Source of the DNA: Euglena gracilis
Lineage: Eukaryota
Reading direction: 5' to 3'
Length of the DNA stretch: 64,000 nt
NCBI GenBank assembly: GCA_039621445.1
Contig: CP154954.1
Span: 16,262,140-16,326,139 of the forward strand
Made by a program: the position numbers and the translations under genes. Shown piece by piece: positions 1 through 13,810 of the stretch. The stretch's first letter is position 1. Every line of letters begins with the position of its first letter. The notes under the pieces were generated by a model. It saw nothing but the letters and a program-made list of their open reading frames with translations, searched no databases and had not been told where the DNA came from.

Positions 1-894
1 GCTGGCTGGCTGGACCCCGGGGGGGGGGGTAGGACCCCCTCCGACTTAAGAAAACCCCGGTCCCTTGCAACAATGGCTCTAAATCGATGAATTTGGCACA
101 TTTTTCAAATCCGATTCCTTTGGCGCCAGGCAGCAATTATCAGTCGTTCTGGCCGACCTCACCCCCCCCATGGGGGAGAGAGCCAAAAAACACTGCGAAA
201 CCAATCAATTACCCCGGTGGTGGGTCAGGAACATACTTAACAAAAATATGGTCAATGGGGGTATTTTCTGGGTGTATGAAGCGGAACTTTGGTGTAGCAG
301 GGCTCAAAAAATCATTTAGGAAAAAACCACACAAAGAAAGAGTTTAAAAATGCAAAATTAACAAAAATGAAACCCTTCCAAAGAAAAACAGCCCATGCAG
401 GCTGGGGAAGAAACTACCACTGCACAATAATCAAAAACAAATTTGAACACAACAATGAAAAAAGAGTTGCTTGCAAAAGATCAACGAGGACTCTGTAAAT
501 AATGAAAATATAAATAAATAATACACAATAAACAATAATAATAATAATAAAAATAATAATATACTCTATAAATAACAATAATAAACTAAACAAAAACCTC
601 AGCCCCTTGCCCTCTTCCAAAAAGCAACAGCGGTTGCAGATGGGCCGAGTGGACCAGCACACTGCCTGTCCCGAGGTGGGATACACAGGGAGGGCACGGG
701 ACGCTGCTAATAGGCACCCGGCGAGAGCGACCCTCCGTTGCAACATGGTCTGGGGCGGGGCCGCGGAGGTGGGCATGTGGGAGGGCACCTGAAACGGAGC
801 TGTAAGTGAACAGCCACCCAGCATGGAATGTGTGCAGAGGACTGTCTGTCCCTGGACCTCAATGATGACGGGTGTCCCTAAAGTTAGCAAAAGT

Positions 895-1190
895 TTTCTC
901 TCCTCTTCTATCTTTTCTCCTCTCGTTCCTATTCTTTTCTCTCTTCCTCTTTCTCTCTCTTCTCTCCCTCTCTTCTCTCTTCTCCTTCTCTCCTACACGG
1001 ACCCCTTCTCTCTCTCTTCTTGTCTTCTTTCATCTCTTCCTTTTCCTCTTCAGTTCTCCCTCCATCCTTCTCCCCTCTTCTCTCCCCCTCTACTATACTC
1101 TTTCTCTCTCTCCTCCCTCTCCTCTCCTTCTCTCCCCTGTCCTCTCATCTCCTCTCTCCCCCCTTCTCAACTTGCTCTCTTCTCTCTCTC
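895..1190. repeat. CT-rich low-complexity tract
   Basis: Imperfect (CT)n/(CTT)n run seen directly. Confidence 0.9.
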
Positions 1191-2049
1191 GGTTATACGA
1201 TCACATTTTTTCCCCACCATTTCATGCCGTGGTGTCCGTGGCGTGTGGTTTGGCCATATGCCACAGACTACTGCAGAAATTTGCGGGGGGAAATAAAAAC
1301 ACATGCCAGATACAAAAAACACTGTGTGTAATGACTTTGATATGCTTTTATTTTGTGTAATACACACAAGGTTTTTGCTGATTGAGCCATCCTTTCTTGC
1401 ATCCTTTTTAACACCTTGTCATATTTTTTTCATGTGTTGGTGTTAAGTTTCATCCTTCGATGGCGTACAGTGGCAATTGTATGATAATATGTTTGTCACC
1501 ACGGGGGGGGGGGGTGTAAACCACATGGTGGTGCATTCTGCTTTCTCCCTATGAAGGCATATCCTTCAACCTCACCATTTTTTGCAGTTTCTGGGGTCGA
1601 GGTGCAAAGGAAGAAAGAAATCGCCTAGAAGCCAGAAAAAAACATCTGTCAGACATAGAAACGTTCGGTCTGCATTCCACGCTGTCTGTCATTTGCAGGC
1701 GTCGCCTATGGACCGTTCTGTCGGTTTCCCCACTCACTGAACCAAGGTGGGGCCCCAATTTTTGTTGTGGTCTTGGTGCGAAAGCTCTTGGAAGCTCTGC
1801 AAGTCTTCCGAATCGTGCGTCGCGTTCCCTCTGCTTGCGACCCAGCTCGGGCTTGCATCCGTCCGTGTGGGCCCCCACCTGATTGGTCCACCCCGAAGGG
1901 TTCATGGCAGGCAAATGACTGGTCTTTTTGCTCACTTTCCTGTGATTGGTTCCCAGGGGGGGGGGGAATTCCCCAAGAAGGAAGGAAGGAAAGAAGGAAG
2001 AGTGGACAAAATGGCCGAAAGTAACCGTGACTTTCGTGACCAAAATTGA

Positions 2050-2340
2050 CCAAATGCGCTCAAAAGCAGTCAAAAGCAGCCAAAAGTTTGCAACGTTGCC
2101 AAACGTTGCCTAAAAGCGGCCAAAAGTTGCCAAAAGTTGGCAAAAGCGGCCAAAAGCAACAACAGCAGCTAAAATAGCATAAAAGTTGCCAAAGAGCAAC
2201 TAGAAGCAGCCAAAGAATGCTTAAACTGGCCAGAAGTCACAAAAAAATTAGCCAAATATAAGCGAAAGCGACCAAAAATGGCCCAAGGCCCCTAAAAGCC
2301 TCCCAAAAGCAGCCAAAACAGCCAAAACTGGCAGAAGTGT
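2050..2340. repeat. Degenerate ~10-bp tandem repeat (AAAAGCAGCC / GCCAAAA-like); copy at ~18115-18405
   Basis: Recurrent gccaaaa/caaaagc units. Confidence 0.7.
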
Positions 2341-3131
2341 CTTAAAAGTGCAGTATGTGGTCGGGTACATGCTCATTTTTTATTGACTCCCCCTCAAATG
2401 CCCGACTACCTGCCGGCCAGGGCCGAGCCGGGCTGACTAGAGCACCAAAGTGGGAAGTGGCCGTAGGTGCTGGAGGGGGAAAATGTCTGACCTGGACATT
2501 TGCTGTTGGGAAATATACAGCCAGGAAAAATATTGGACAAATGCTTAAATGTAGGTGGAAAAAAATTCTGGACGAAAACGTCTCTTGAACCCATTTTTCT
2601 AAATTAAGCAAAGAACACATTTTTTTTGGATGATCAATGCACTTTCTAATAGGTGATTTGGAACAAAAATGCATTCCAAGAATTGGAGCAAAGCACCGAA
2701 GAAATCCCTTGGGCGTCCACTGGAGTTAATTGTATTTTTCTTAAATTTGCCAAGAAAAATCCTTGATGGATCTTTAAAATGGCAGGGAAAATCAAAATTT
2801 CGTCCAAAATGTTTCCCACAACAATTTCTCCTGTCAAGTCCCCCCCCCCAGGTGGAGGCCTTTGTTTTAAGCACTCCCTTTTCTCTACAAATTTAACTTT
2901 TCCTGCGTTTCCTCTATGAATATCAAATTGAATAATGGACCCCAAAGGTGAAGGAGAATAACGACTTTCGGCGCGACGTGGAGGATTCCAGTCAGTCCTC
3001 TTTGTCCAAGCACCACTCCCTGGTTCTGCCCACATTATGTGTTTATTGGAATAAGCACCCTACACCATGGTCTTCCACAAGGAAGGCGTCACATTTTGGC
3101 TTTCAGTGGGGTGTCCTCCCTCCCTTCATGC

Positions 3132-3476
<345 letters not shown>

Positions 3477-5258
3477 TCTGGACCCCTCTCTCCTGCCAAG
3501 GGAACAAGGAACCCCCAAAACGTCCACTTTTCTTTTCTTACGGCACTTTGCAGCAATTTTTTTTTGAAAATTTGTCAAATTTTTGCTATTGGAAGTGCCA
3601 CAAGTCCCGGCCGACCTCATCCCAGTTCCCCATCAGCGCAGCTCATCCCGCTGTACTTCTGCCCATCTGCGTGGAAGGGCCCTGGACTTTGCACTCAGTG
3701 TGTGTTTTTTGACTGAATAGTTCAAGGGGAAAACACCGGCAACATCGTCCTCACATTGCGTTTCTTGGTGCATTCCTGCGCCATTTGTGATATGGTGCCC
3801 CAAAAACCCCCTCCCCTCCTTGTCCCCAACACAGTAGGTCGTTGACCCCCCCCCCGGTCCAGATCTGTGCCATGTCTTGGCCAGGGGGTATACCACCCTC
3901 TGGTCTCTTGGGTCATCGGGGTCGATGCGGCTGGGGCTGATGGGACATTTTCCCCATTTTGTGCAAGGCGTATCGGGGGTCGCCAGAAATGACCGAAAGT
4001 GACACACGACTCCGAAGGAGCCGGAAGAAAATTCCCTCAAAAAATACACCCCCTCCGAAGCTTACCCGGGGGAATTTATGTCGGAGTGAGGATACAACAA
4101 TCTTAAACGGTCTTTTATCATGGCATCCCCACCGCATCCCCCTTCCAATTTTCAGGTTTTCTTTCAAGGATTCCTCCAGAATGGTACTGTTCTCCGATGT
4201 TCTCTTTTTCACATGTTCTTGACCCAAAAAAACCAATCAGTGGACCAATCACCCCTGGTTGGGGGGGATTGGAGCCCAATAAGCAACGGTATGAACGGGT
4301 GACATCAAACAAACGGAGTGGGGTTTCGATGCAGTGATTGGATGGTTATTTTGAACCGACCAAGCCTTTTTCTTTGGAGCCGCATGAAAGCCCTTTGGAC
4401 CTGTTGGGAAAACAGAGCCAGGGATGGTGTTGCAGCCAGGCTGCTGTTCATTTTTGAACATACCCTGGATTGCTCTGCACGCCCCTTCACCAGCTGCCCC
4501 CAACCCCAGGACCGCCAAGTTGGGGTTTTCTTTAAATAAATAAAAAAGACCCATGAGGGGGGGGGGGTCGTGTGGGTTGGCTGAAATAAGGTGCTGGCTT
4601 AACCCCACCCATAGGGGTGGGGTGTCCGGGGGTAAGGGTCCTGTCCAGAGATTTCTTTTAAAACCGCGGGAGAGGGGGGTCCCCCACCCACCCAGGGGGT
4701 ACCCCCAACCCCCTAACTCCTCCCCAGGGGAGGGGGGTCCGGGAGACCCACTTTTGGGGGTCAATTTGGGGGTCAAGAAGTCAAGAAGAAAACTCGGCTA
4801 TTCGCGCCGAAAAAGCCAAAACCCACGGGGACCCACAGCGCCCTTGCGGGTACCTGGGGGGGGGTCGGCGGGCTCACCGACCCCCCCCCCCGGAGGGTCC
4901 AAAGTTTAAAAATCCCTGGCCTTGCCAACTTGCAGCTGGACCTGGCTTTGACGGCAATCAGCCATTTCATGTGCGTTCCGTGTCCTGTGGTCTTGCCGGT
5001 GAAAATGCGTTTTTTGGAAAAATAGTTGGTGGGTGGCCTGGGCCTGGGTAAAAGTGCCCCCCCCCCCTCGAGAGGTCACTGAGTGAATCTACGCCTGCAC
5101 CCTTCATGCCTTGTTTTTCCGCACTGGTTGGATGGGGAGTCTTGTCTTTGCCCATCCGCAACCCACGTCAACCACCAGCTTCCCCCTCTCGCATATGTTT
5201 TAAAGCGACTGCAAGAAGGATGTTTTCTTTCAAATGCAGGGTACCCCCCCCCTAGTCG

Positions 5259-5480
5259 TATGACCGGGTTCCTGCAACCTGTGACCGGGGGGGGGGGTCA
5301 TAACACCCCCATAACCTGCAACCTGTGACCGGGGGGTGGTCAAAATGAGGGGGCGGTCGTAGGTAAGGTGGTGTTAAATTTTTCGAAACCTGCAACCTGT
5401 GACCGGGGGGGGGGGGGTCATAACACCCCCATGACCTGCAACCTGTGACCGGGGGGTGGTCATAAATGAGGGGTGGTCAT
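5259..5480. repeat. Clustered ACCTGCAACCTGTGACCGGGGGG repeats (subterminal-type TE repeats); copy at ~21383-21607
   Basis: Four to five copies of cctgcaacctgtgaccggggg arranged as a duplicated ~120-bp block. Confidence 0.8.
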
Positions 5481-5927
5481 ACGCCTAGGGGGGGGGGGGT
5501 AACAGAACAATCTTCAACATATTTCATTGAAATCAAGATTTCAAAGACTCCATTGAAAAATAAGCAAAAAAGGGACGAGATTTCGCTGTCTCTCTGGGGT
5601 GGGGTCAAAATCGATCGGGTGTGCGTCCGGCTGAACTGCAAGGTGCCACCCGATTCAGGGTGCCACCCACCTGATTGATTTTTGTCGCCAAATGCACAGC
5701 AGCATGGAGCAAATTTTGAAATAGATTGACAGCCTCGACAGAAACCAGACAAACAAAGCCCAAAAGACAGCTGGCTTGGAGCCTTTCAGCCGAGGATTTG
5801 GAAATGAAAAACCAAAACCGCCCTCGAAAATGCCGTTTTTTTCTGGGCCATTTTTGATCCTTCTTTTTCTGAAATTTTCAATGCTTTTGCATCGAAAAAA
5901 TTTTCTGTCCAGCCGGGCTGCCCCAAC

Positions 5928-6594
5928 CAGGTTTTTTTTTAACGGAAGTGCAGCCCCCTTGGGGGTAGGTGCTATGGGCAGGCGTGGGTGGGCTGGGGGG
6001 GGTAGGGTTTTGGGGTGGGTCGTGCTACAGCACACCCCCGGCCAGGGTTCGATATAAGGAGGGCGTACATGGTTTAGGTGGGGGGGTGTCCCCCCCACCC
6101 CCCCCTCCTGGCCCGCAGGGGGGGGGGTCCGGACCACCCCCCACCTGCAAGGGGGGTCCGGACCGACCCTCGGGGGGTACCCGGGACCCCCCCAAAAAAG
6201 GGTCAATTTTTTCCTCCGGCGCTTTGCGCCGAAATTTTTTTGCATTTTTGGCCAATTTTTGGTCGTTTTGGGGGGTCAAAATTTTTCGGCCCGGCGCAAA
6301 GCGCCGGGCCGAAAATTGGTCACCCTAACCGCGCCACTGTTTAGGTGGGGGGGGGGGTGTCCCCCCCAACCCCCCCCCCCCCCCGCCCCCCAGGGGGGGC
6401 CCGGCCCCCCCCCCCCCCCTCTCCTTATATCGAACCCTGCCCCCGGCGCCAAAGGCGCCAGGGGCCCGAAAATGGGAATTTTCAAAGGAAATTTGGCTGG
6501 GTCGGCGCAGGTACCGTGTGCCTGCTATGGGCAGGCACCCCATACCACAAGGCACCCCCCTCCCCTCCCCCTGGGGTTGGTAAAAAGAAGCCTG
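5928..6594. mobile_element. hAT-type MITE (CAGG...CCTG ends), host of a nested MITE
   Basis: Ends caggttttttt / taaaaagaagcctg, flanked by gccccaac / gccccgac (7 of 8 TSD match). Same family as the MITE at 59455-59709 (shared ggcgcc-aaggcgcc and ggggttggtaaaaa...agcctg). Confidence 0.75.
6043..6439. mobile_element. hAT-type MITE, 19-bp perfect TIR, 8-bp TSD
   Basis: TIR CAGGGTTCGATATAAGGAG at both ends. TSD CCCCCGGC at 6035-6042 and 6440-6447. Confidence 0.92.
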
Positions 6595-7567
6595 GCCCCG
6601 ACCCAGGTGGGGGGTTGGCTGCCCGGCATTCAAGGCATCCAGATCCGACCCGGGGGGGGGGGGGGGTCATGCCAAACTGGCACTTGTCCACGGCACGCTG
6701 GCGCCGAAGGCTGCGGAAGGTCAGGAAAAGCCCATCACACAGGTGTTAAGTCAATCGATGGTGCAGAAAGCACTTTTGCTGGCTTAGCCTGGGCGCCCTG
6801 TTGAAGCGCGCCAGGCTGAGCAACGTAAGGCTAAACTGCCACAAGCAGACATTTGCTTATGGACCCCGGGGGGGGGGGTACTGGCTAGCCAATCGGCCAG
6901 ACACTGGAAAAAATGGACTGCTAGACCCCCGGGGGGGGGGGGGGAGTCCGGGAGTACCCCCAACTGGAAAAAGATTTTTCCTCCGGCGCTGCGCGCCGAG
7001 GTGGAAATGAGGTTTTTAATAAGTTTTTGGCTGATTCTGTTCCAAAAATTCCCAAAAATGGCCAAAACCGGGCATTTTTGGCCATTTGGAGGGGGGGGGG
7101 GTTCCAAAGAAATTTTCCGGCGCTTCGCGCCGGTCACTGAAAAAAAAATTTCCACTAGCTAACCCTGCTAGCAGACCCCCCCCCCAGGGGGGGTCTGCTA
7201 GGAATGCCACTAGCCAAATTTGGACTCGCTGCAGTCCAGCCTCCCCCCCCAGGGGGGGGGGGTACTGCAATCCCTTAAGCAGAAGCCTGGCCACAAGCCA
7301 TCGCATTTCCAGCATGGAACGACCCAGGAAAATGGAGGCCGGGGAGGGGGGGGAAGGCCTCTCAACGTTTCTGCCGTGTCAAACTTTGCATCAATGCGGG
7401 AAGATGCAAGTTGCATCTGTAAGTATCCTGAGATCCTGCCAGAGTGAATATCCAACTGATATTTTGGGCCACATATCAGTGCGGGCTGTGGTGCCTTGTG
7501 CTGGCTATTCCCAGAGGGTTTTGCAGAAGTGGGCGGTGGCACAGCGGCACCACGCCACCTGACAACC

Positions 7568-7672
<105 letters not shown>

Positions 7673-10027
7673 GAGCGCACGCGCGCACACACACACAGGC
7701 ATGTGCAGAACGGTATAGATGGGGCTTGCCCAGTAGGGCTGCAACGATCCAGCCGCTGCCCCAACCCTGGGATTAAACACTTATTTTCTTTATTTGCGGT
7801 ACATTTATTTATGTTGGAAGCTCAGCTCATGAAAACGACAGACCCTAACTAAGCCTTCGCTTGAGAACCTCCGGGCCTCGACCTCCGAGGGTGCGGACTA
7901 AAATTCACTTGCTTGAAAGACAGCTGCTTCAACACAGGGCTGAGGGCAGGAGCAACCCGGGGCTGAACTGGGCACCAAAAAAAGCGAAAATTGCAAAAAA
8001 TGTATAAAAAAATGTAGAAAAATGTGGATAATGGCTCAAAACTCGCATCTATGTTGAAAAATGACCATATTTGTGAAATTTTGCTGGTTCCCTTCCAGCA
8101 AAAAGGTCCAAAAGCAGGATTTTTGTAAATTTGGGAAGATGCTGATTCTGGGAATATGGATTTTTTTGAGTGAAAAAAAAAAAAAAAAAAAACGGAAAAA
8201 AAAAAAAAATGCCAAAAAAAAAAAAATGGGACGAAAAAAAAACTTTGGTATCAGGTATAATCTGGTCCGGGATGCTAAATTTTTCTTGGTCAAATTATTT
8301 CTCAACAGAAATTGGAGAAAAGCCTTTTTTTTAAAAAAAAATTGCCAAATTTTGTCAAAAATTTGTGAATTTTGGCAAATTTTGGCAAATTTGCAACAAA
8401 ATAACAAAAAATCACTTCCCTTGTAAACGCTCAATGAATGTCCGGAACTCATTTTGCCTTCCATGCGGAAAAAATGCGGAAAGGGAAAAAAAACTGCAGA
8501 AAAAATTGCGGAAATCGCGGAAAAATTGCGGATATCAGTTTCCCACCCTGAGTGCTACTACCCCCCCCCTTGCCCACCGACCCAGTCCCTACAACCCCAA
8601 ACACGAGAGGTGGTCACAGACACTCCGCGACATGCAACCCCGAACAAATATGGGATGGTCAGTGGGCAAGGGGAGGTACCAGAGGAAACTTCTGGCCAAA
8701 GCCACTGCTGTGGTGCTGGCCGTTTCAGTCAAAAACAGGAAGGCAGCGCCTGGGGCAACCGGCAGCAGTGGCGGCTACCGGGGGAGGGGTGGGGGGAGGG
8801 GTGTCAGTGGGCTGGTTTGGAGTGCGGCCACGGTAAGCGCCAGCCATCCCCATTGACTGCCGCCCAGATGGGGGACTGGCACAGATTCATTGAACCTCTG
8901 CGTGACCCAATGGGGTAGGGGTCAGAGGGTATTTTTAGGACCCGGGGGGGGGGGTCCGGACCCCCACCCACCCCCTGGGAGGAGGGGTCTTGGGGGAACC
9001 CTTTTGGGGTCAATTTTGGGTCCAAAAGAATTTTCGGCGCTTTGCGCCGAAAATGGAGTGAAAACCCTCCTCTGGCGGGGTACCCACTTGTCCCAACCCC
9101 AACCCCCAGGGGAGGGTGAGGGGCTCGGCCTGGACCTGCTCACCCCACTGGGTCACCAAACTATGAAAAAAAGTCTCTGTTGGTGGGTTTTGAGTCGGTG
9201 TTTGACATAAAAACATGCAGGGGGGGGATCTGACCGGGAACAATTGGTATGGGGGTGGGGAACCTGGAGGGGGTTTGCCGGTTGGTTCAAGAAAAAGGTG
9301 CTGGCTTGGAAGAGAAAAAAGGGGCTGGCTGGACCTTCTGCCGAGGGGCATCTGGGGGGACAGGTCCGAAGCTGATCTGGAGCCCGAAAGTGGCAAAAAA
9401 AAGTCCAAACCCACCTAGGTTGGGATTTTTCCGCCGGACAGCCCCAGAAAAAAAAATTCCGTTTTTAAAACCATTTTGACCCTTCTTTTGGGGCTTTGTG
9501 CTGACGACTTTTGCGGGCCAGCCCGGCTTTGCCCGGTTGGCCCCAACGTTCCTTCGGCAGACCCCAGCAGGCGGGGTCCACAACCCAGCTGGCGAAGAGG
9601 GGGGAAGATGCCGGCTGGCTTGACCGCCCGGGGGGGGGGTCTTTCCGGCTTAAAAAAACCACCGGCTTTATATTTAACAAACCTGCGGGGGGGGGGAGCG
9701 TATGGAAGGGGGGGCCTGCTCACGGCTCCCTGTAGGGTATCAGTTTTGAGTCTCGGCCAGGTCCGACCCAGGTAACTTTATCCTAAAATGGCAAACCTCA
9801 GCCAGGCATCGTTTTGAGATGCCTTTAAAACCTTTTAAAAAAAAAACCTCAAAAGTTCAAAAAAAAACTTTGGGTCAAAATGCCTTTAATACCTTCAAAG
9901 AAAAACTTTGCAAATCATTGCGGCAAAATTTTTGTCGACTGAGCGAAAATGCAGTTGCCAAATCTCCACAACAGCAAGCCAATTGCCACTGAGGGGAAAA
10001 AAAGTATTTCTGGCATCGTTTGGAACA

Positions 10028-10320
10028 TGCTTGTGCTTACCGACCGGGGGGGGGAGGGGGGGTGGGTGCTATAGGGTGCCTGCCCCTAGCAGGCACCCCC
10101 CCCCGGGGGGGGGATAGGGGTCCGGGCCGGACCCAGAAAATTTTCATTGAAAATGGCCTTTTCCGGGCACCCGGCGCCTTCGGCGCCGGGGTCGGAGGGG
10201 GGTCGGATCCCCCAAAACCCTACCCCCCCCGGGGGGGGGGGTCGGATCGGGTGCTATGGGGTGTCTGCCCCTAGCACCCCCCCCCCCCGTGGGGTAGGCA
10301 CCCGACTAAGGGAAAGCCTA
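10028..10320. mobile_element. MITE with 10-11-bp target duplication (Mutator-like by TSD length)
   Basis: GTTTGGAACA(T) repeated at 10018 and 10321, with imperfect TIRs (tgcttgtgctta / taagggaaagccta). A related repeat at ~50515 (ggcatcgggggaacattg) shows the empty site. Confidence 0.6.
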
Positions 10321-13300
10321 GTTTGGAACATTGCCAACGCCGGGGAGGGGCGGCAAGCCCCCCGAGGGGGATCCACCCCCAAAAATGGGGGTTTCGCCTA
10401 TTTTGATCATCGACCCCGTTTGATGCTCGGATGGCCCTTGGACCGCCCTCAGGAAACTGAATCTTAGGACATCTTAAAAACGCCTTCAAAAACCCCTGAG
10501 AAAGTCCTTTACAAACCTTAATATTTATATTTTCTTTGGTTGTTGGGGATTGGGCATAGATAATGGTGGTGGGAAAAAGTTGGGCAGGTTTCTTAAAATG
10601 ATTCGGAAACATTTGGGCACTCTTTGGAAATCGGTCTGGGAAACTGATACCAGACAGTGAAAAAAAATGGGGGAATCCTGAAAAAGGTCCGAAATATTTG
10701 GGCGGGTTTTGCCAACCAACTTTTTTTTACGAAATTCTCCCTCGCGTGGATGGCACCCAAGGAGGTTCCAATGCCCTTGCTGCAGAAAAGGTGATGCAAT
10801 GGCTCTGGACTGTCCCCTCGTCTCGACTGGAGACAGGGCTTGGTTTTCCTGGACTTTGCTTGTTGGATAGAGAAAACGAAATGCCATTCTTCATTTTGAA
10901 GGTTGTTTTGGTTCTTTCTGGCATCCCTCCACAAGAACAACCCCTCTCCATTGAGGCGACGGATGACCCTTGTACAGCAGCGAAAAGTATTCCATGTTTT
11001 CTTTCTGGACACTGGCGCCCCAGAATTTTGTTAAAAAAGGATGTTTTCCCCCAACATATAAGGTACATCAAACAGTGAAACTCCCACCCGGCCAAGTCAT
11101 GTCACCCAGTAGAAGAGTACCTCTATGAATTCCAACCAAAATTGAATTGGTTCTGAAGCCCCCAAATTTGTAACTTAAACAAAAACGAAAAACTATAAAA
11201 AGATCTCTGCCGATGAGATGATGAGATGCTCGACCTCTGCAGTGTCCAAGTGGTGTTCTTTTCTGCAGCCGCACCGCCAGACCAAAAAGACGCACCGCCG
11301 GCTTTCTGGTCCGCACCGAAATGTCCACACCGGAAGGTGAAGACCATTTGGTGAGGCAGTCACCAGAAACAGACACATTACAAATTACAGGCACTTTACC
11401 CAAATTTTTGTCACCCGTAATTGTTGTCCGCCTTGTGAGGCCAGGGACGCCTGACCTGTTTCTCCTTTTTGGAGCATGCAATGCTTCCAGCTCAATGATA
11501 AAATTGCACAAACGTTAGCACGTATTGACTCTTGCTCTCAGAAAATCTGGGGACTTCTAGGCCCCAAGCAACCCTTTCAGCCCCAAGCAGTCCTGCGCAG
11601 GAGGCAGGGGGCTGAGGGCTGCGAAGTGCCTGCAAGGCAGGAACCCCACACCGCTTGAACCAAACTAGGGGTTACTGGGCTTTGGCTGCGGAGGACACAC
11701 TCAGAGAGTTGGGCAGGGAGGTGCTTGAGCAGGTTGTTGGGGAGGGGGGTTTCGCACAGGGGTGCTGGCAATGTGCACTGGCCAAAGAATCCGGAAGCCA
11801 CTGGATGTATGTGTGCTGTGTCTTTTGCTGTCACAAGCTATAAAGCTGGACAAGAAATGCGCGGCGGCACATTAGTGCTTCGTGTGCCGCACATCGTTGC
11901 CAGGAGGCTGAATTTGACCAACCCCGGGTGGGGAAGGGGGTATCGGAGTTCCGGGTGTGTTTCCATGCAGGCGATACCCCCAGGGGTCATACCTACCTCA
12001 GAAATCTGCCCAGAACAGGTCCCTTTGGGGACCCCAGAAGGGTTTGCACCTTTGCACCGGTGGTGGGGGTCAATCCCCACCACCCATGGGGTTTCGGGCA
12101 TTCCCAAACTGCCTCCCCCCCCCCAGGGGGCTTGGACTCATCTCGCGGGGGAGTGAAAAAAATTTTCGATCGAAAAGGCACTCAAACCCCCACTTTTCAT
12201 CATTTCGACTTTTTCTTGAAAATAATCTTTTAGGGTCATTTTTCCGGGTTTGTCTCAGAAAGAAAATTTCGAAACCCCAATCGCCCAACAATGTCGGCCA
12301 ATTTCTTAAAGTAAGTACCAGTACTTTGCATCGGAAACTTTCGGCTCGACCCATACCCAGGCCCTCCAGCACGAGAGCCACTCTTGTGCATGAAAAGCAC
12401 AAGAGTGGCAAAACGTCCAATTGTGAAGCCATTTTATTTATACCACATCATCCTTACCATGGACCCTGAAATATTTCCCTTGAACCTTGGGCTCTGGGTC
12501 TGAGTTGCAGGACAGCTCCGCATTTGTGGCAGAAAAAAATGCGCGGCTCGTATCATGTTTCGGGTTGAGCCAAGCCAGTGGGGTGAACAACCCCAGACAG
12601 AAAACATCACCCATGGGAGGGGGTCCGAGTCTGGGAATTGAAGCCGTCACCCCAAACAAAATATCAGTCAGCCACCTCCCTCTCTGGGTGTCTCGGTGTG
12701 AAGGAAACAACAAACTCTGGGGTGGGGCAGCCAGGCGGACCGCCTGAGCCTAAGCCTCAGCAGGAGCCTTGGGACGACCCGGCAGAAGGGGCAACAGACA
12801 GGACTAGAAAGGCTTGGGAGAGGAGGTCTTCCAAACACCCACCCCTTGGCTCCATCGTGGCAGGGATGAACTCTGTGCCCATATGGTGCATCCAGGGGAG
12901 TCCATGTGTTCCACCTGAGGCTCACTTTCGGGGAAAGCCAGGGGGATTTCTTAGGATTAGGATCACGGCTGGACTCCCGAGAACTACCTTTTTTTTGAAT
13001 TTGTCCCTGTTCCGGAAGAAGTTAGGCCGAAGATGGTCAGGAAAATTTAGACAAAAAAGGTCTAGAAGGCTTTCTGGGCGGCGGATCTCGCACTTCAGCT
13101 TTTTTTCTTTGTTGATGTGGGCAAATGCTCGCCTCGACATTTTTTTATGTAAGTCCTAAACCGGCTGACCGCACCTGGGGGAAAAAGAGATATGTTTGTT
13201 ACGAGTTTTGCAACACCCACCAGGAAACACAAAGGTTTCAAACCAATTTTATTATCCTAACGAGCGGTGTAATTACATCCTGAGCGACAGCTTGTGTTTC

Positions 13301-13504
13301 TGTCTGTCAAACAGGTTGGATGTACACGCTGGTTGTTGCGCCCAGAGGTATTGGTGTGTACGTGCCGCCTGTTCTTGCTGTGTGTTGCATCCCAGTTTTG
13401 TGCCGAGCGATGCCACCATTTTGAACTTCTAGAAAAAAAGGCAGGTGGTATGTTTCTTGTGGTAATAAAAATAATTTAGATACCTAACTTCAGATGAACC
13501 AGAC

Positions 13505-13810
13505 ACGGTCAGTGTGCGCATTTGCACACACCGGCGATGTGCGCATTTGTGCACACCTTATTTGTGTTAGTGGTCAATGTACGCATGTGCGCACATCGAC
13601 CACTTTGCCTTTCTTGTGTGAATGGTTGGTGTGCACAAATGCGCACATCGACCATTCACAAAAATACAAGTGGTCGATGTGCGCAAATACGCACACCGAC
13701 CACTCACACAATTGCACAGGTGGCCGGTGTACACGAATGTGCAAATCGACCCTCATTCTGCATATTTATGTCACGTGAAGGTTCCGTTTGACATATGCAC
13801 ATTTCGGTGC
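13505..13810. repeat. Cluster of imperfect palindromes GGTCGATGTGCGCA-NN-TGCGCACATCGACC; copy at ~29010-29315
   Basis: About six variants of gtgcgcatttgcac / gcacaaatgcgcacatcgacc / gtcgatgtgcgcaaatacgcac. Confidence 0.75.

Noticed and set aside
10593-11520. Coding-like minus-strand frames in the duplicated unit
   Set aside because: No recognisable motif, several stops, and half of it is deleted in copy B; cannot be supported as a gene.
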